A stretch of 8,338 nucleotides of DNA. Source: Octopus sinensis. Taxonomy: Eukaryota. Where the stretch lies: positions 1 through 8,338 of the forward strand of contig NW_021828452.1 in NCBI RefSeq assembly GCF_006345805.1, written 5' to 3'. The number at the start of each line of letters is the position of its first letter. The stretch's first letter is position 1. The position numbers and the translations under genes were made by a program. The notes under the pieces were generated by a model. That model did no database searches. It was given only the letters and a program-made list of their open reading frames with translations, and was not told the DNA's origin. Positions 8,016 through 8,338 of this stretch are shown in pieces.

Positions 8016-8111
8016 TAAGTATTAGGGTTTGTACTGTTTCTGTATAAAAAATAGAAAAAAAAGATTTGTTTACGAAGAAAAAATGTTTGTATGGAAATGG
8101 GCGAACTGATT

Positions 8112-8127
8112 GTGGTGGTGGTGGTGG
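8112..8127. repeat. (GTG)5 microsatellite
   Basis: GTGGTGGTGGTGGTGG read directly from the sequence. Confidence 0.85.
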
Positions 8128-8143
8128 CCACGTTGGTGAGGAC

Positions 8144-8145
<2 letters not shown>

Positions 8146-8211
<66 letters not shown>
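8146..8211. repeat. (GA)n microsatellite, slightly interrupted
   Basis: About 66 nt of AG/GA dinucleotides with two short interruptions. Confidence 0.95.
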
Positions 8212-8338
8212 AAGAAATACTGTAGCAATGAATGGGTGAAGCGTGAGAGATATTATTCATTGTGTTGTTATTTGAGACAGGTAGTCTCTGTCTACTCGCT
8301 AACACACACGCTACAATATACACACATATACCTTTAAT

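Noticed and set aside
8016-8024. TAAGTATTA in the flank matching the unit junction, as a possible target-site duplication
   Set aside because: It is a 9-mer in AT-rich DNA, 250 nt from the array end rather than adjacent. The left flank is not visible, so it cannot be tested.
7741-8323. ORFs of 61, 78 and 188 aa
   Set aside because: They are low-complexity translations of (TA)n, (TATG)n and (GA)n microsatellites, which lack stop codons in some frames.

Overview
No credible protein-coding gene. Bases 1-7764 are a head-to-tail array of 13 complete copies of an AT-rich unit (591-606 bp each, consensus about 600 bp). The window starts in phase with a unit boundary, so the array may continue to the left. 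On the + strand the unit consensus contains a complete type I hammerhead ribozyme: TCTACG-CTGAAGA-[76-nt helix II]-GAAAC-GTAC-GTC^CGTAGA. It is intact or nearly so in most copies and damaged in copies 3, 5 and 10. The array is therefore best read as a ribozyme-bearing satellite or non-autonomous retrozyme-like element, whose transcript should self-cleave into ~600-nt non-coding, structured monomers that may circularise. Unusual points are a very long helix II (about 29 bp), a palindromic minimal helix III suggesting dimeric cleavage, and a large monomer. The right end of the array fuses into a (TA)n/(TATG)n microsatellite 194 nt past the last cleavage site. The remainder (7765-8338) is microsatellite-rich eukaryotic flank. 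Copy-to-copy differences are mostly private 1-nt indels and may be long-read error. All RNA pairings were derived by eye, and ribozyme activity is predicted, not shown.
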